A stretch of DNA of 64,000 nucleotides from Lama glama (lineage: Eukaryota). The position numbers and the translations under genes were made by a program. Under the pieces are notes generated by a model that was not told where the DNA came from, did no database searches, and saw only the letters and a program-made list of their open reading frames with translations. This document shows positions 51,205 through 62,810 of this stretch, piece by piece. The stretch lies in contig CM052818.1 of NCBI GenBank assembly GCA_028534125.1, forward strand, positions 37,264,001-37,328,000, in the 5' to 3' direction. Within the stretch, counting starts at the first letter, position 1. Each line of letters starts with the position of its first letter.

Positions 51205-52497
51205 AAGCAAGATGGACAAGATTCAAAACACAGGAGAAGGGATTTTTCAGGTTTCAGCTTTGATATGTTAACCGCCTGGAACTCCTTACAATGAGAGAAA
51301 TACGTACAAGCTGAAAACGCAGTGATTTTTCTCGGACCAATCAGAGACTTAAAGCTGCAGGCCACGGACCAATCAGAGGTAACCTTGCAGGGCAAACCAC
51401 CCCCCCTGGAATCCCGAGAGTCAGGTGCGCCAGGAGAGGTACGCAGCCTGAGATCTGCTTGCCTGCAGCAGAAGCCGCCGGGACCAAAAGCTGGTAAGAA
51501 CACTTCAGTGGTAATTTTGACAGATTGTTGGAGTCCAAGTCTGACTAGCCTGAGAGCTAGACGCTTCTCTTAGTTTCCCTGAGTTTTCCTTCAGAAACCC
51601 CACCAGTTTCTCACGGGGAGGATCTGAGAAGGCCCCTTCCGTAGTCTTGGCAGGGCAGGGATGGGGGAGGGAAGAGCTGCTGAAGTAGAACCCTCCCAGA
51701 CGTTTCTTCCCAGCAGAGGACTAATCTCCTGGGTGCAGGGTTTCGCCAGAGGGCAGTTCTGAAACCTTATTCCAGCTCAAGGACGGGAACGCCGCCTCGG
51801 CCTCCTGCTCCGGCCTTCCTACCTTGTCTAAGAGAGAAAGAAAGAAGCCATTGATGGAGGAAAGGGCTTCAAGGGCTTAGACTGGGCAGGCCAAGGCTGG
51901 GAAAGAGACTAGAGGGCAATGGGGAACAGCCCCTACCCCTGGAGGACAGACAGACACCTCTAAAGTCCACACCCCTGAACACTAAAGACTGAGGCTCAGT
52001 TAGAAGGTTCTAGAACACTCCCTTCCCCCTGACCTTACCAACACACACCACACGGGCAAGCTTCTGGTCATAATGACAGTGGGTTACAGGCCACAGACTG
52101 GGCGGTACGCAGGGAAGCCCCAAAACAGAGAGAGAGGAGAAAGGAACCTCCTCAGAGGAATTTGAAGCACCTGTTGTCTCCAGCGGCAGTGAACAGTAAT
52201 CATGACCCAACTCCTAGCCAGTTATCATAATCCTTACACCACAGGCCTATTTATTGTAGTACCTATTACCCTAAACAATGCTGGCTTTCAACCAAAAATT
52301 ACAAATCAGCTCAGAAGGCAAGATAACACACATTCTGAAAAGACAAATAATTTTCACGACCAGACTCAGATATGACAAACATTGGATTTATCAGACAGGA
52401 GCTTAAATTATTATGATTAAGATGTTAAAGTCTCTCATGGAAAAAGTAGACACCATGGAAAATCATATATATGGGCAATGCAGGCAGAGAGATGGGC
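51205..52497 (+). mobile_element. old L1 5' UTR plus ORF1 start (3'-truncated)
   Basis: TTGCAGGGCAAACCACC..GAATCCCGAGAGTCAGG resembles L1M 5' UTRs; ACCAGACTCAGATATGAC..TTATCAGACAGG..ATGATTAAGATGTTAAAG..GAAAAAGTAGAC resembles the ORF1 N-terminus. Confidence 0.75.
51335..51376 (+). promoter_or_regulatory. paired NF-Y-type CCAAT boxes, 32 bp apart
   Basis: GACCAATCAG twice (CCAAT at 51337 and 51369); motif only, function unshown. Confidence 0.45.
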
Positions 52498-53089
52498 CCT
52501 GTAAGACAGACTCAAAATCTAGGTGGAGATGGTGGTTTTAGGCAGGAACAGGGTCAACTCCTTTAACATAAGAGGGAAAAGAAATATCGGTGCAGATGTA
52601 GGTGTGTGTTTGTAGGTGTGTACTTGTTTTCTGGCCTTGACGTCTCTGTGAATTTCAGTCCTCTATTTTGTCACCACCCCTCCCCACACCCCAGAAACTA
52701 ATGTCTGCTGACTGGAAAGGTGCGGGGTAAGGAGAGGCAATGCTAGGACATCATCCTGTACGCACTTTCTTGTCCTCTTTCTGGACTGTTAACTAGCCTA
52801 CTCTCTCCAGGGCACCTGGGACGGCTGTGGGAAAGCAAATAAACAGAATGGATGAAGAAATACTTCCCCCAGTATGATCTCTGGGTGAGGTTTTACATAA
52901 ACCAATGATCGTTCAGGTTTAATTCTGTCACCTGGCCAATTGAACTAAATGCTCAAAAAGATGCTTTCTTTCATTTAGATATGGTTGGCTATTGTGCCAC
53001 AATCTAAGATAAAATTAGGATTCTTACAGTCTACTAATAAAAAAAAAAGAAAGAAAAAAAATGGTTGAGAATGAACACATGTTATTGTG

Positions 53090-53330
53090 AAAACTACCAT
53101 TTCTCAAGCACCTGCTACGTTTTGAGCACTGCTCTAGACGAGATCTTTTACGAAGCTCACCGTGCCCCTTCCAGGTAGGTTTTGTAAAAACCTTCATTTT
53201 GTAGTTAAGGAGCAAAAGCCCAGAGAAATAAGTAAATGTGCAGAGTTGGTAAGAGGTTCGTATCCCACGCAAACTCACGTTTGTTTATGTTTCAACTCCA
53301 TTTACCAAAGACACTGCTTACTCCACTACA
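53090..53330 (-). mobile_element. MIR SINE
   Basis: CTACCATTTCTCAAGCACCTGCTA..CTTCATTTTGTAGTTAAGGAG..GCCCAGAGA..CACTACACTA. Confidence 0.75.
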
Positions 53331-53677
53331 CTATGTTGTTTCACATAATTTCAAAACATGGCAAAACCTAGAAGCAGCAGGAAAACCGGAAACGGGCCCT
53401 GGAACAGAGGAAAAGTTTTTGGGTTTATTATTTTTTTTTGGCACAATTTCTGAAGGTATTTTACTTGGATGTTTTCTATTTAAATAATATTTAAATCTAA
53501 ATATTTTCTGTATAAATAAGGATGAGACTATTTGCAAGGGCAACTGTCAGGGAATTCCTGTACTTCATTTTATACCAGATTTTATTGGGTGGTTGTGGTT
53601 TTTCACACCCATGTCTGGAGAATCCCTGAAGAGCCAGAATGATAACTATTATGCCATGATTTCTTGATGCTAAGAAT

Positions 53678-53757
53678 CATATTTTGTGTTCAGATTTTAA
53701 CGGTTTGAAATCTGAACACAAAATATGTTCATCTCAGCTAACGGTTTAGCTGAGATG
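53678..53757. repeat. two adjacent perfect inverted repeats (20-bp and 12-bp stems)
   Basis: 53678-53697 is the exact reverse complement of 53708-53727; 53730-53741 is the exact reverse complement of 53746-53757. Confidence 0.97.
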
Positions 53758-56049
53758 CATTTTATTGTGTCAGGAAAAACTGTCCAATGGCCAAGTAGAG
53801 GGGTAAGTTGTGATGACTTTCTTGTATTGCCTAAATAAATGAAAACTTAGCTCTCTATTAGAGGTGACATTTATCTGATTTGCACCTCAGTTAAATAATT
53901 TGCATCGGTAGCATTATTCTCCATTGATTTAAATGTAAATTTGGACCCCTAATGATTGCTTTTAATACCTTCCCAAGATTATATTATGATGCAACATTGA
54001 AAAAAGTTATTGAGACTGTGAAAGATTCCTTACCAAGTGCCAGAAAGTGCAATTAAAGGCAATGGAAATTGCTAAATATTTTTAAATAGGTCGTATAATT
54101 TTGAAAGCTTGAGAGGCTGATGTGCTCAAGTGATGCAGTGAAGGACTCTCACTTACTTCTATTTTGAACTTCTATTTTGTTGCAAGCTTCCAGCCAGCTT
54201 TGTAAACAAAGCTGTTTAACTTCCAGCAATGCACAATAAATTAAGAAAACTAAATAAAATTAACCAAAAGATTGACCAGATAGTCAATGCAGATAAAACT
54301 TCATGGCTCAAATTCACCCTGTTAATTGTAGAGGAGCTAAAATGGCCTGTACTGGTGGAGAATTTGTGATTGGGTCCGGGGGTGGCTGAGGATAGAGATG
54401 GAAGTCCTGTCAGGGATGCTAAATAACCAAACAAGGTTTCACTAATGCCGCACAAACCTTGTACAAGAGAGGTTCCAGAAAATTCTTTGCATAAGCCAGA
54501 TAGTTGTTATGGGTACAAATTTATGAAGGGCTTGAAGAAGAAAAAATCATGTCTAATAGTGATAGGGGAGACCACCTAGAAAAAGTGAGCACTGAAGGAT
54601 GCTGAGAGTCTCAAGAGGTGAAAAAGTTAGGAGAGGGGCCTGTCGCACATACATCCCTTCCTCCTCCACCAAACTAGTGCCCACAACAGAATCTTCCACA
54701 TAGTTGCACTAAAAAAGTGTTTGAATAGCTTGAAAAAAACGAAGGGTGACACCTCTTAATAGATATAGAATGTTCAAGGTCATGGAAGAACGTAAAAAAA
54801 GCCCAGCAGAGACCATTCCACGCTTCATGCATCCACTCCAGATACATCCCCAGAGTCAGCACCATCCTATTTTTAAACATTTCATTTCTCAGCTTTTTAT
54901 TATTAAAAAAAAGTCCAATTTGCTTAAAGCGCCTTAGGCAAAGTATGATCAAATTCATTGATGACAGTGACATTGAACCAGAAGGGACAGGGACAGAAAT
55001 ACCAGGGCCCATTAAAATGGACCTATGGATAAAGAGCCCTCTCAGCTCTGTGCTCTACCACATCTAGGATTTAGTGAAATAAAACCAGAAACAGTCGTAG
55101 ACTGATTCAGGATCGACCTCAGAGGCCGTGTTTTTACAGCCTGAGGGACTGAATTGTGCTATGGCCAGACCAAGAAATCCCGGAGGATCGTCTGAATAAT
55201 CGCCTTGTCTCCACATGGTATGTCGGCTTAAACTGTTTCCCTCAATAATGTGTCAGGGAAGGAATGGCCCTTGACATTCTTATGTGGAAACGTTACCTCA
55301 AGCACACTTGGATTTAGATGATTTTAAATCAGGGTTGTTTGTATTCTGTGAGTGAGTACAGCTGTGCGTTTATGATACCTTGCAGAGGAGAACCCGTATA
55401 GTTTCCTATAGTCTCTTGCATTAGCACGTAAGCAAATCTCTGTCTATTACATGGGCTGGGATTCTGAACATGACAAACTCTGTCAATATGGTAGCTGTAA
55501 AATGAAGTTGTAAGTAAGGAGCCGGGACACAGTGTGATATATTATGAAATTGGGGAATCGAGTCCAGGGAAATCCAGAAATATTAGATTAAAAATTCTGT
55601 TTCTACAAGTGAGATACTGTATCTGAGCAAGGGTGGTGCTTTTTCAGTTCTTTGAGATTAGAGTTGTTGAAGTGGGGTGGGGGACAAGGCAAGGCAACCC
55701 AGCCAGCTGTATGGAGGGGTTGTTCTTGTTGAAATTCTTGAGGGCGTCTTAAGATTCACAGTCCTGCCCCTATGGATGTACTTACCTTCTCCTTGAAAAG
55801 GCACTGAGCAGTTGGGAAGCTTCAGAAACCATGGCCGCGGTAGGGACCACAGTTATGACCTTCAGATGCTGGGATGGAAAGGGAGGGACAAGACATCATG
55901 AAAGCAGAGAGCCAGGGGAGGAAACCAAACGGAGAGGCTGCCACTTAAAAGCACCTGCTTAGCCTTTTCAACAAGAAGGGCTAGAGCAATTGGATGTGCA
56001 CTGGCAGGAAAAAGAAAGGCAAGCAAGGGAGGAAGGGAAAAATAAAAGA

Positions 56050-57330
56050 CATTTGATTTAAGACCTCACACCTTGTTAAAAAATAACTTGAAATTGGTCA
56101 TGGACTTACATGTAAAATGTAAAGCTATGAAGCTTTTAGGAAAAAAAAACAGGCAATTTTTGAAATCCAGGGCTAGGCAAAGAACAGTTAGACATGATCT
56201 TAAAATCACAATCACATGACCTCCCATCATGAAAAATTAATTAGACCTCATCAAAATTAAAACTTTTTTCCTGTGTCAAAAATCCCTGTTAACAGGATTG
56301 AAAGATAAGCTACAGTCTGGGAGAAAATATTTGCAAACCACATATTCCACAAAGATTTATTATTTAGTATATATAAATAACTCTCAAAATTCACCAGTTA
56401 AAAAGAATTCAGTAACAATATGTGCAAAGTCATGAACAGATATTTTATCAAAGAGAATATAAAATAACAAGTGCATAAAAAATATGTTCACCAATGTTTG
56501 CCATTAGGGAAATGCATGTTAAAACCACAGTGCGATATCACTATGTATCTTTCAGAATAGCTAAAATTAAAAAGAAAAAATAGTGACAACACCAAATGCT
56601 GGCAAGGCTGTGGAGAAACTGGTTTACTCATACATTGCTGGTGTCAATATAAAATAGTACAACCATTCAAGGAAACAGTTTGGCAATTTCTTACAAAACT
56701 AAACATGCAGCTGCCATATAGCTCAGAAATTGCACTTGGGGCCAATTATCCCAGAGAAATTAAAATTTATGTTCACACTCATACATGAATGTGCATAGCA
56801 GTTTCATTTATAGTAGCCAAAATTTGTAATCAACCCAGATATCCTTCACCGAATGAATGATTTTAAAAATTGTCATATATGCCTGCTATGGAATATATCT
56901 CAGAAGTAAAAAAGAAAAAAACTATTGATAAATGCAGCACATTGGATGAATCTCCAGAGAATTATGCTTCATAAAAAAATTCCATAAGGTTGCATACAGT
57001 ATGATTTTATTTATAGAACACTCATGAAATGATAAAATTTAATAACAGAGAACAGATTAGTAGTTACAAGAGATTAGAGATAAGGGTTGGGGAAAGGACA
57101 GGTGAGAGGTATGGCTGTCAAAGTTCAATAAAAGGGATGCTTGTGCTGATAGAAATGTTCTGTATCTTAACTGTCTTAATGTCAACGTCTTGATTGTGAT
57201 ACTGTTCTATAGTTTTGCAAGATGTTACCATTGGGGGAAATGGTAAAGGGTGTAAGGGATCTCTGTGTAGTATTTCTTAAAGACACATGTGAATCTACGA
57301 TTATCACAAAATAAAAGTTCAATTTAAAAA
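56050..57330 (+). mobile_element. L1MC1-like 3' fragment
   Basis: ORF2 tail motifs (TGGGAGAAAATATTTGCAAACCAC) and 3' end CAAGATGTTACCATTGGGGGAAA..CATGTGAATCTACGATTATCACAAAATAAAAG. Confidence 0.92.
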
Positions 57331-57399
57331 TGTGCTTAATAGTCCATAAAATAAAAAAAAATATATGTACATATATATGCCACCTCCTTCCAAAAGTGT

Positions 57400-57860
57400 A
57401 AGTCACATGGAAGTGAGCCAGATTCTGGGGATGCAGAGAGCAGTGGGCAGAGGAAGCACTTGGACTTTATTTTCTAGCTATAGAAGTGAATTATTTTAAG
57501 CACGAATACCATGGTAAGGTTTGCATTTAAGAAAAGTCATGACTTTTCTATGAGATCTGGACTTAAAGTGGTAAGAGTGTTTAGGACTTGGGTAGGGAGA
57601 CTAGAGACAGAGGGATGAGAAAGAAGATGATTGCTCTATCCAACCAGGAGACCATGGTAAGGAACTAGCCACCAAGGTGAAAGCTTGGGGATGGTGAGGA
57701 GGGGGAAATGCACAAGAAATACACAGGTGGTGGGTCCACAGCTTGTAGTGGTTGGTTTGATTTGAGGTGAGGCTGTCGCAAAGAAGAACGTGGATGAAGG
57801 ACCATTTTCAGTGGGTTTAGTCACTAGCGGCGTGGTGGTGCTTTCCAGCAATCAGGTAGC
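57400..57860 (-). mobile_element. L2 LINE fragment
   Basis: CTTGGACTTTATTTT..GGTTTGCATTTAAGAAAAGTCA..GGGAGACTAG..GACCATGG. Confidence 0.6.
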
Positions 57861-60039
57861 AGGAAGGCAACTGCTGGGGGTAGGGGACTGTAGGAAGAAC
57901 GGTCCAGTTGTCTAGTGCTCAGTCATTGCATACCCCCACCACCCCATTATCTTTCGATTGGGGAAACTGTGGTCTAGAATGGTGAAGTCACAGGTCTAGC
58001 ATTATAAATCTTGATCTCCTAACTCTATGAACTTGAATTTTCAAAGAAATATCATAATTGTCCAGAACTTCCATCATCCCTAGAAGAAATCTACTTCTTG
58101 CCCTATTACGAAATTAAACGTAAGCAACTGTCCATGTAACCACATTACTGCAACTCTATTTTGGAGAAGAAAAGAGAAGGTCCTATTCATTGCAGATCCA
58201 CTCAGAAAGCACAGGGCTCTGTCTGGAGGAGGTGTTCAGGGTGAATGCGGAGTGGAAGATTTATTGAAACTGTCTCAAGCAGGCTCTGTCCCGAATGCAG
58301 TGTCTTAGGCAGCTGGCCTGGGGACTCCTCCTTGGATTCAGCAACGAGAGACCTCAGACAGAAGAGGGTGTGCATGTAAAGGTGGCAGACATTTCCCTTT
58401 CCTTCAGTCAGAGTCTTAAAGCCCAGAAACTGGCTTTATGTTCTTCTGGTGTTTCCCTGTTGGGACGAGAGAGAGAATTCAGCCCGCCTTGACGGTCCCC
58501 TTCAAACGCTGCAGTATTAGGAGAAGGGAGCTTCAGATGGTGGAGTCCTCCTTACAGAAGTCCTCACTCTCATTTCTTAAGAAGCTCAGGAACTCTGCAA
58601 GGGTCTGTCCTGGCACCTGTGCTCCTGGACAACTGGCCGCCTGGTCAGTTCTCCCTAGGGCCCCTTGGCTAAGCACATGAGCCCGACACAGATTGTCTTT
58701 TGTTGAGAACTGGTGAGACTGGGGACGGTCTCTACTCATGATGTGCGCTCGCCGCCTCCCAGGAGCCGTTTCTCTCAGTGCCTTCACGGGCGGAGAGCAG
58801 CTACACCAGAAAAAAACAAGCTGCCCAAGTTGTCATGTGAGCACTTCCTCGTACAGCAGAGACCTAAGGGAGTAATTAAATCTTGCTGATGCCCTATCAT
58901 CTTTAAGGTTGGGTTTTAGCCTTCTATAAATACCAAATTACCCTGTGGTGTTTATCTAACAAAATACCCAGAAGATCCGAAACGTGCTTTCACATAGGAC
59001 TCCTCCCCCCACCCCTTTGTCTACATCTGTCTCACTGTTTCTCTAGGTCCACTCAAGGGATTCAGCCTAAGCCTGGAAAGTGCTTCCTGGTGGTGGGAGC
59101 TGTGCTAAGTTTGGCCATGGGAAATGAGCTCTTTCCAGGGAAATACTATTTTTGTTTTTGTGTCTGCTTGAATAGACATGGATAAGAAATTAAATCTGGC
59201 CAGGGGGTTGATGCTGGAGCTTGTGGGGAAAGGGGGCATATGGAAGGGTCGAGGGTGGAGAGAAAAGCCTGGCTGGGCTGTAGCCCCTAAGGTGATCAGA
59301 GGAGGTCTGGAGACTTGCCAGAGCAGATCAGTGCGGCATTAGCAGCAGAAGAGATGTGCCAGCAGCTGATGAAATATGATCTTAAGGGAAAGCTCAAATC
59401 TAGTTATTAGGGGAGGGAAAGAACCGGCCTGGGCTGGGGAAGCGATTTGAAGTGGAGAGACATAAACAGAAACTGTGATTAGGTAATGCCGGGCGCTTAC
59501 CTGCTGCCCAGAGATACTGTGAGGAAGAGCCGGGCTACGTACTAGGTTCCTGGCAGACTCACAAGGTCCGTCATTGTTGCTGTTACACGCGGCATCTAAA
59601 GAGAAGCTCACACGCACAGGCCAGCCCATCTGTGCATCGGCAGATGGGCTGGGAGCTGTCCGAGTGAAGCGCACAGTGTGATTTAGGGCTGGATGTGAAT
59701 GAACTGAACTTAGGACAGTTGTTCAAATATAGTTGCATTAATATGGCTGTCTCAGATTTTTAACTGAATGAACCATTTCTGAATTGATTTTATTGTTTAA
59801 AGTCAGGCTAGTTAATGGCTTTTCAAAATAAAATTGACTTGGGCTGACATAAACATCAATGGAAGATCTGAAAGAATTTAATTTGATTATATAATTAATC
59901 CCCAAATCAAGATTTCTGTAGAATTGGATATGTCCCATTTTTCCCCTTTGCAAACTGGCTTATTTCTGAACGTGCAATGAGCAAAAAGAAACCAAATAAC
60001 AAGTGGATTATGACAAACGTTAGACCAAGCTTCAGTTGA

Positions 60040-60195
60040 AACCTTTATTCTCTATGAATCATTGAGTCAGTTGCTTAATTCCTCAGTTTCCTCAGTAGAA
60101 AGAAAGGAGATACTATCTACCTTGCGAGACTACTGTGAAGATAAAATGTCTAATATAGTGATCAGCCTATACTAGGCATTCAGCCAAGGTTTGCT
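60040..60195 (+). mobile_element. MIR SINE fragment
   Basis: CCTCAGTTTCCTCAG..CTACCTTG..TGTGAAGATAAAATG. Confidence 0.7.
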
Positions 60196-60437
60196 ACCTA
60201 GGTGTGTGTATTTTGCACATAGTTCTTCTGTGTGTAGATGTGCAATGTTGACAAAGCCCCGGCTAGGAGGATGGGACGCTCTGGTTATATCCAACAGTGG
60301 GGAAAAGGCAGAGAAGGTAACAGGCATGATGCATTTGGGAGTATTTTTCCAGAGCATGAATCTTGATAAGAAAATTAGCAAAAGGTTAGATCAGGGAGAG
60401 TCTTAGATAGCAAGAGTTTAGATTGAATTCCTTAGGT

Positions 60438-60648
60438 CAGTGGTCAGCACACTTTTCCCGTACAAAGCCAGGTAGTATTTTCAGCTTTTGGACCATACAG
60501 TTTCTGTCATAAATATTGGAATCCCCCATGATAGCCTAAGGACAGCCATGGACAGTATGGGAATGAATGGACATGTCTGTGTTCTGATAAAACTTTATTC
60601 ACAAAGCCAAGCAGTGAGCCTGATTTGGCTGTAGTTTGACAAACCCTG
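60438..60648 (+). mobile_element. MER58A-like hAT-Charlie MITE
   Basis: CAGTGGTCAGCACAC...CTGTGTTCTGATAAAACTTTATT..GTAGTTTGACAAACCCTG; flanks share TAGGT (CCTTAGGT/GTCTAGGT). Confidence 0.9.
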
Positions 60649-60747
60649 GTCTAGGTGACAGGGAATAAATCCTGCATCCTATCTTATTATTTCTTCATTT
60701 GGGGCTCCACAGATACTTTGCTTTTTGAATTGGTTAAATTATAGCTA

Positions 60748-60880
60748 TGTTCATTGATTCAGTCATTTAATAGATATTTAAGTGTCTCCTATTGTTAGCC
60801 ACTGCCCTGGGTGCTGGAGAAACAGCTAGGAGCAAAACAGACAAACATTCCTAGCTTTAAGGAGCTCCTTTTCCAGTGGA
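60748..60880 (-). mobile_element. L2 3' tail fragment
   Basis: TTCATTGATTCAGTCATTTAATAGATATTT..CACTGCCCTGGGTGCTGGAGA..AAGGAGCTC. Confidence 0.75.
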
Positions 60881-60924
60881 ATGATCGAACTCTGCCACCA
60901 CCCTCCTGTAGAAACCCTGCTCTA

Positions 60925-61700
60925 CGTAAACCGTGTTTATCAATGCCGTCAGTCTCCCTATATGAGGAGATGAAGGGATGCCCTAGCAGGGGGTATCTGG
61001 GTATTAGCAAGACGTTTGACAGAGTAGCTTCTGATACTGTGATGGACTTGATGGAGAGATGTGGGCTGGATGATAATGTAGCTCAGTGAACTGGAACCTG
61101 GATGAAAGACAGTACTCAATGAATGCCGACTGACTGATCACCAGTGGCCGGCAGAGCAATCTCCCGGGACCTGGAGGGCCATGTCCTTGCCTCTGTGCTC
61201 CCCAACCTCCCCATCGATGACTTAGATGAAGACATGGAAGGCATGCTGATCAAACTCACGGATGACACAGAGCAAAGGGGGAGACAGCCGACAGGGCCAA
61301 GATGTAAAACGATTTCGACAGGCTGGAACAATAGCCTGAATCTAACAAGATGAAATTTAATAGGGATAAATGGAGGGTCCTGCACTTGGGTTCAGAAGTC
61401 AAACTGTACATGAGATGGGGGAGAAGTGGCTAAACTGCAATGCACGGGATGACGCTTTGGAGATTTCATTGACAGCAGGCTCAGTGGGAATCCACAGTGT
61501 GACATGAATGTCAAAGATGCCAGCACAAGCCAACTCCGTTGCCAGAAGGGCAGGGTTCGGGGTGAGGGAGGTGGCTGGGCTGTAGCACTGGGCCAGGTCT
61601 GACCTTGCACAGGCGGAGCTCTGAGTGTCAGATTTTGGAAGGGACATGGATAGACTCTGTCTTGGTCAAAGAAGAAGGCTCATGAGTAATGAGGAAACCT
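60925..61700 (+). mobile_element. CR1/L3 LINE reverse-transcriptase relic (decayed)
   Basis: YLGISKTFDRV..MERCGLDD resembles CR1 YLDFSKAFDKV..MEKCGLD; VLASVLPNLPIDDLDEDMEGMLIKLTDDT resembles VLGPVLFNIFINDLDE..MLIKFADDT; in-frame stops present. Confidence 0.9.
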
Positions 61701-62354
61701 AGGAACATGGAGATTAAGAAAATAAAGGTGATAAGCTCGCACAGTCCTTCTGAAGAGCACATTGTGGGGGAAACTGGCAAAATTAACTCTTGTTGGAACT
61801 ACTCCTCCTTCTCTGGTAGCAAATCTCATCTGCTCTGAGGCGCAAAGGGTGAGTGGATGGGTGTTTGTTAAGATGCGGCACTCTCTGGGAAAAAGATGCT
61901 CCAGGGAGCCCAGGGGAGCGTGCGTTAAGATTGCTTTGTTCCAGTGGGTTTCCATGCCAGTCTCATGCCCTTGTCATCTGTGAGCCCTTTTTGAAAATCT
62001 GCGTCAAATAACCCAAGTTTGAGATAGCGGAGCAGACAAACAACCTTTCTGCCCTGCTGAGCAGCTTACTAGTGAGGGCAGGATGTGTGTTTCCCAAGGA
62101 ACAGCTTCAACAGGTACCCTCAGAGAAACTTCAGGGAATCAGAGGCTCCGGGAATGGGTAGTTTCATTTAATGTAATTTTCTGATTAACTCGGAAAACAT
62201 GTTTTCATTCTACCCTTGTTGCTGCAAATCATTCTAAAACATATTTGTTTACTTTTTTGCCTCTGTGAAGGGAAGGAGGGGAGAGGGGAAGGGAGGAAGG
62301 GGAATTGAGTCTCTAAGACAGTCTCCTAATTTTTAGAATAAAACCTGCAAATGG

Positions 62355-62810
62355 CCTGCCTTGTGTAGTCTGACCTGGCATCTGCTTACCTCCTTCACAT
62401 CATCCACATTGTATCTTCAGCCCACTGGCTATGACCCCCTTTTGGTTCCTCCTGGCTGTTGATGTCAGTGCTGTCCCTTAGGTTTGGAATGATTTGTCTT
62501 CCCATCCATCTAACTCATCCTTCATTTCTTGCCAGAGAAGCTTAAAGTCAGAATTTCCGGGGGAACTTCCTGGATCCCCAAGGTCTGGGTAGGGCCCCAT
62601 TCAAAGTTGTCTAAGCACACCCTGCCCTTGTTAGAGCATAATGCTTCCCCTGCTCCATGGTACCTGACTGCCGATTGCTTGTCTTCCTCGTAAGGCCCAA
62701 GAGGACAGAAACCATGACTGATCTATTCATTGTTATGTTCCAGCATTTAGCATGCTGCCTGACACAACATACGTATTCAGTAGATTTGTTAAATTGAATT
62801 AATTCATTGG
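62355..62810 (+). mobile_element. L2 LINE 3' fragment
   Basis: TGACCTGGCATCTGCTTACCTC..CTAACTCATCCTTCA..GACAGAAACCATG..TGCCTGACACA..TTTGTTAAATTGAAT. Confidence 0.8.

Noticed and set aside
53678..53727. Annotating the 20-bp hairpin as a miRNA or a terminator
   Set aside because: No match to a miRNA I recognise and no expression evidence; intrinsic terminators are not relevant to this mammalian DNA.
54155..54179. 12-bp direct duplication ACTTCTATTTTG
   Set aside because: Ordinary slippage duplication; not a full MEF2 site.
60983..60997. CTCF-like CCTAGCAGGGGGTA
   Set aside because: Lacks the conserved GGC and lies inside the CR1 coding relic.
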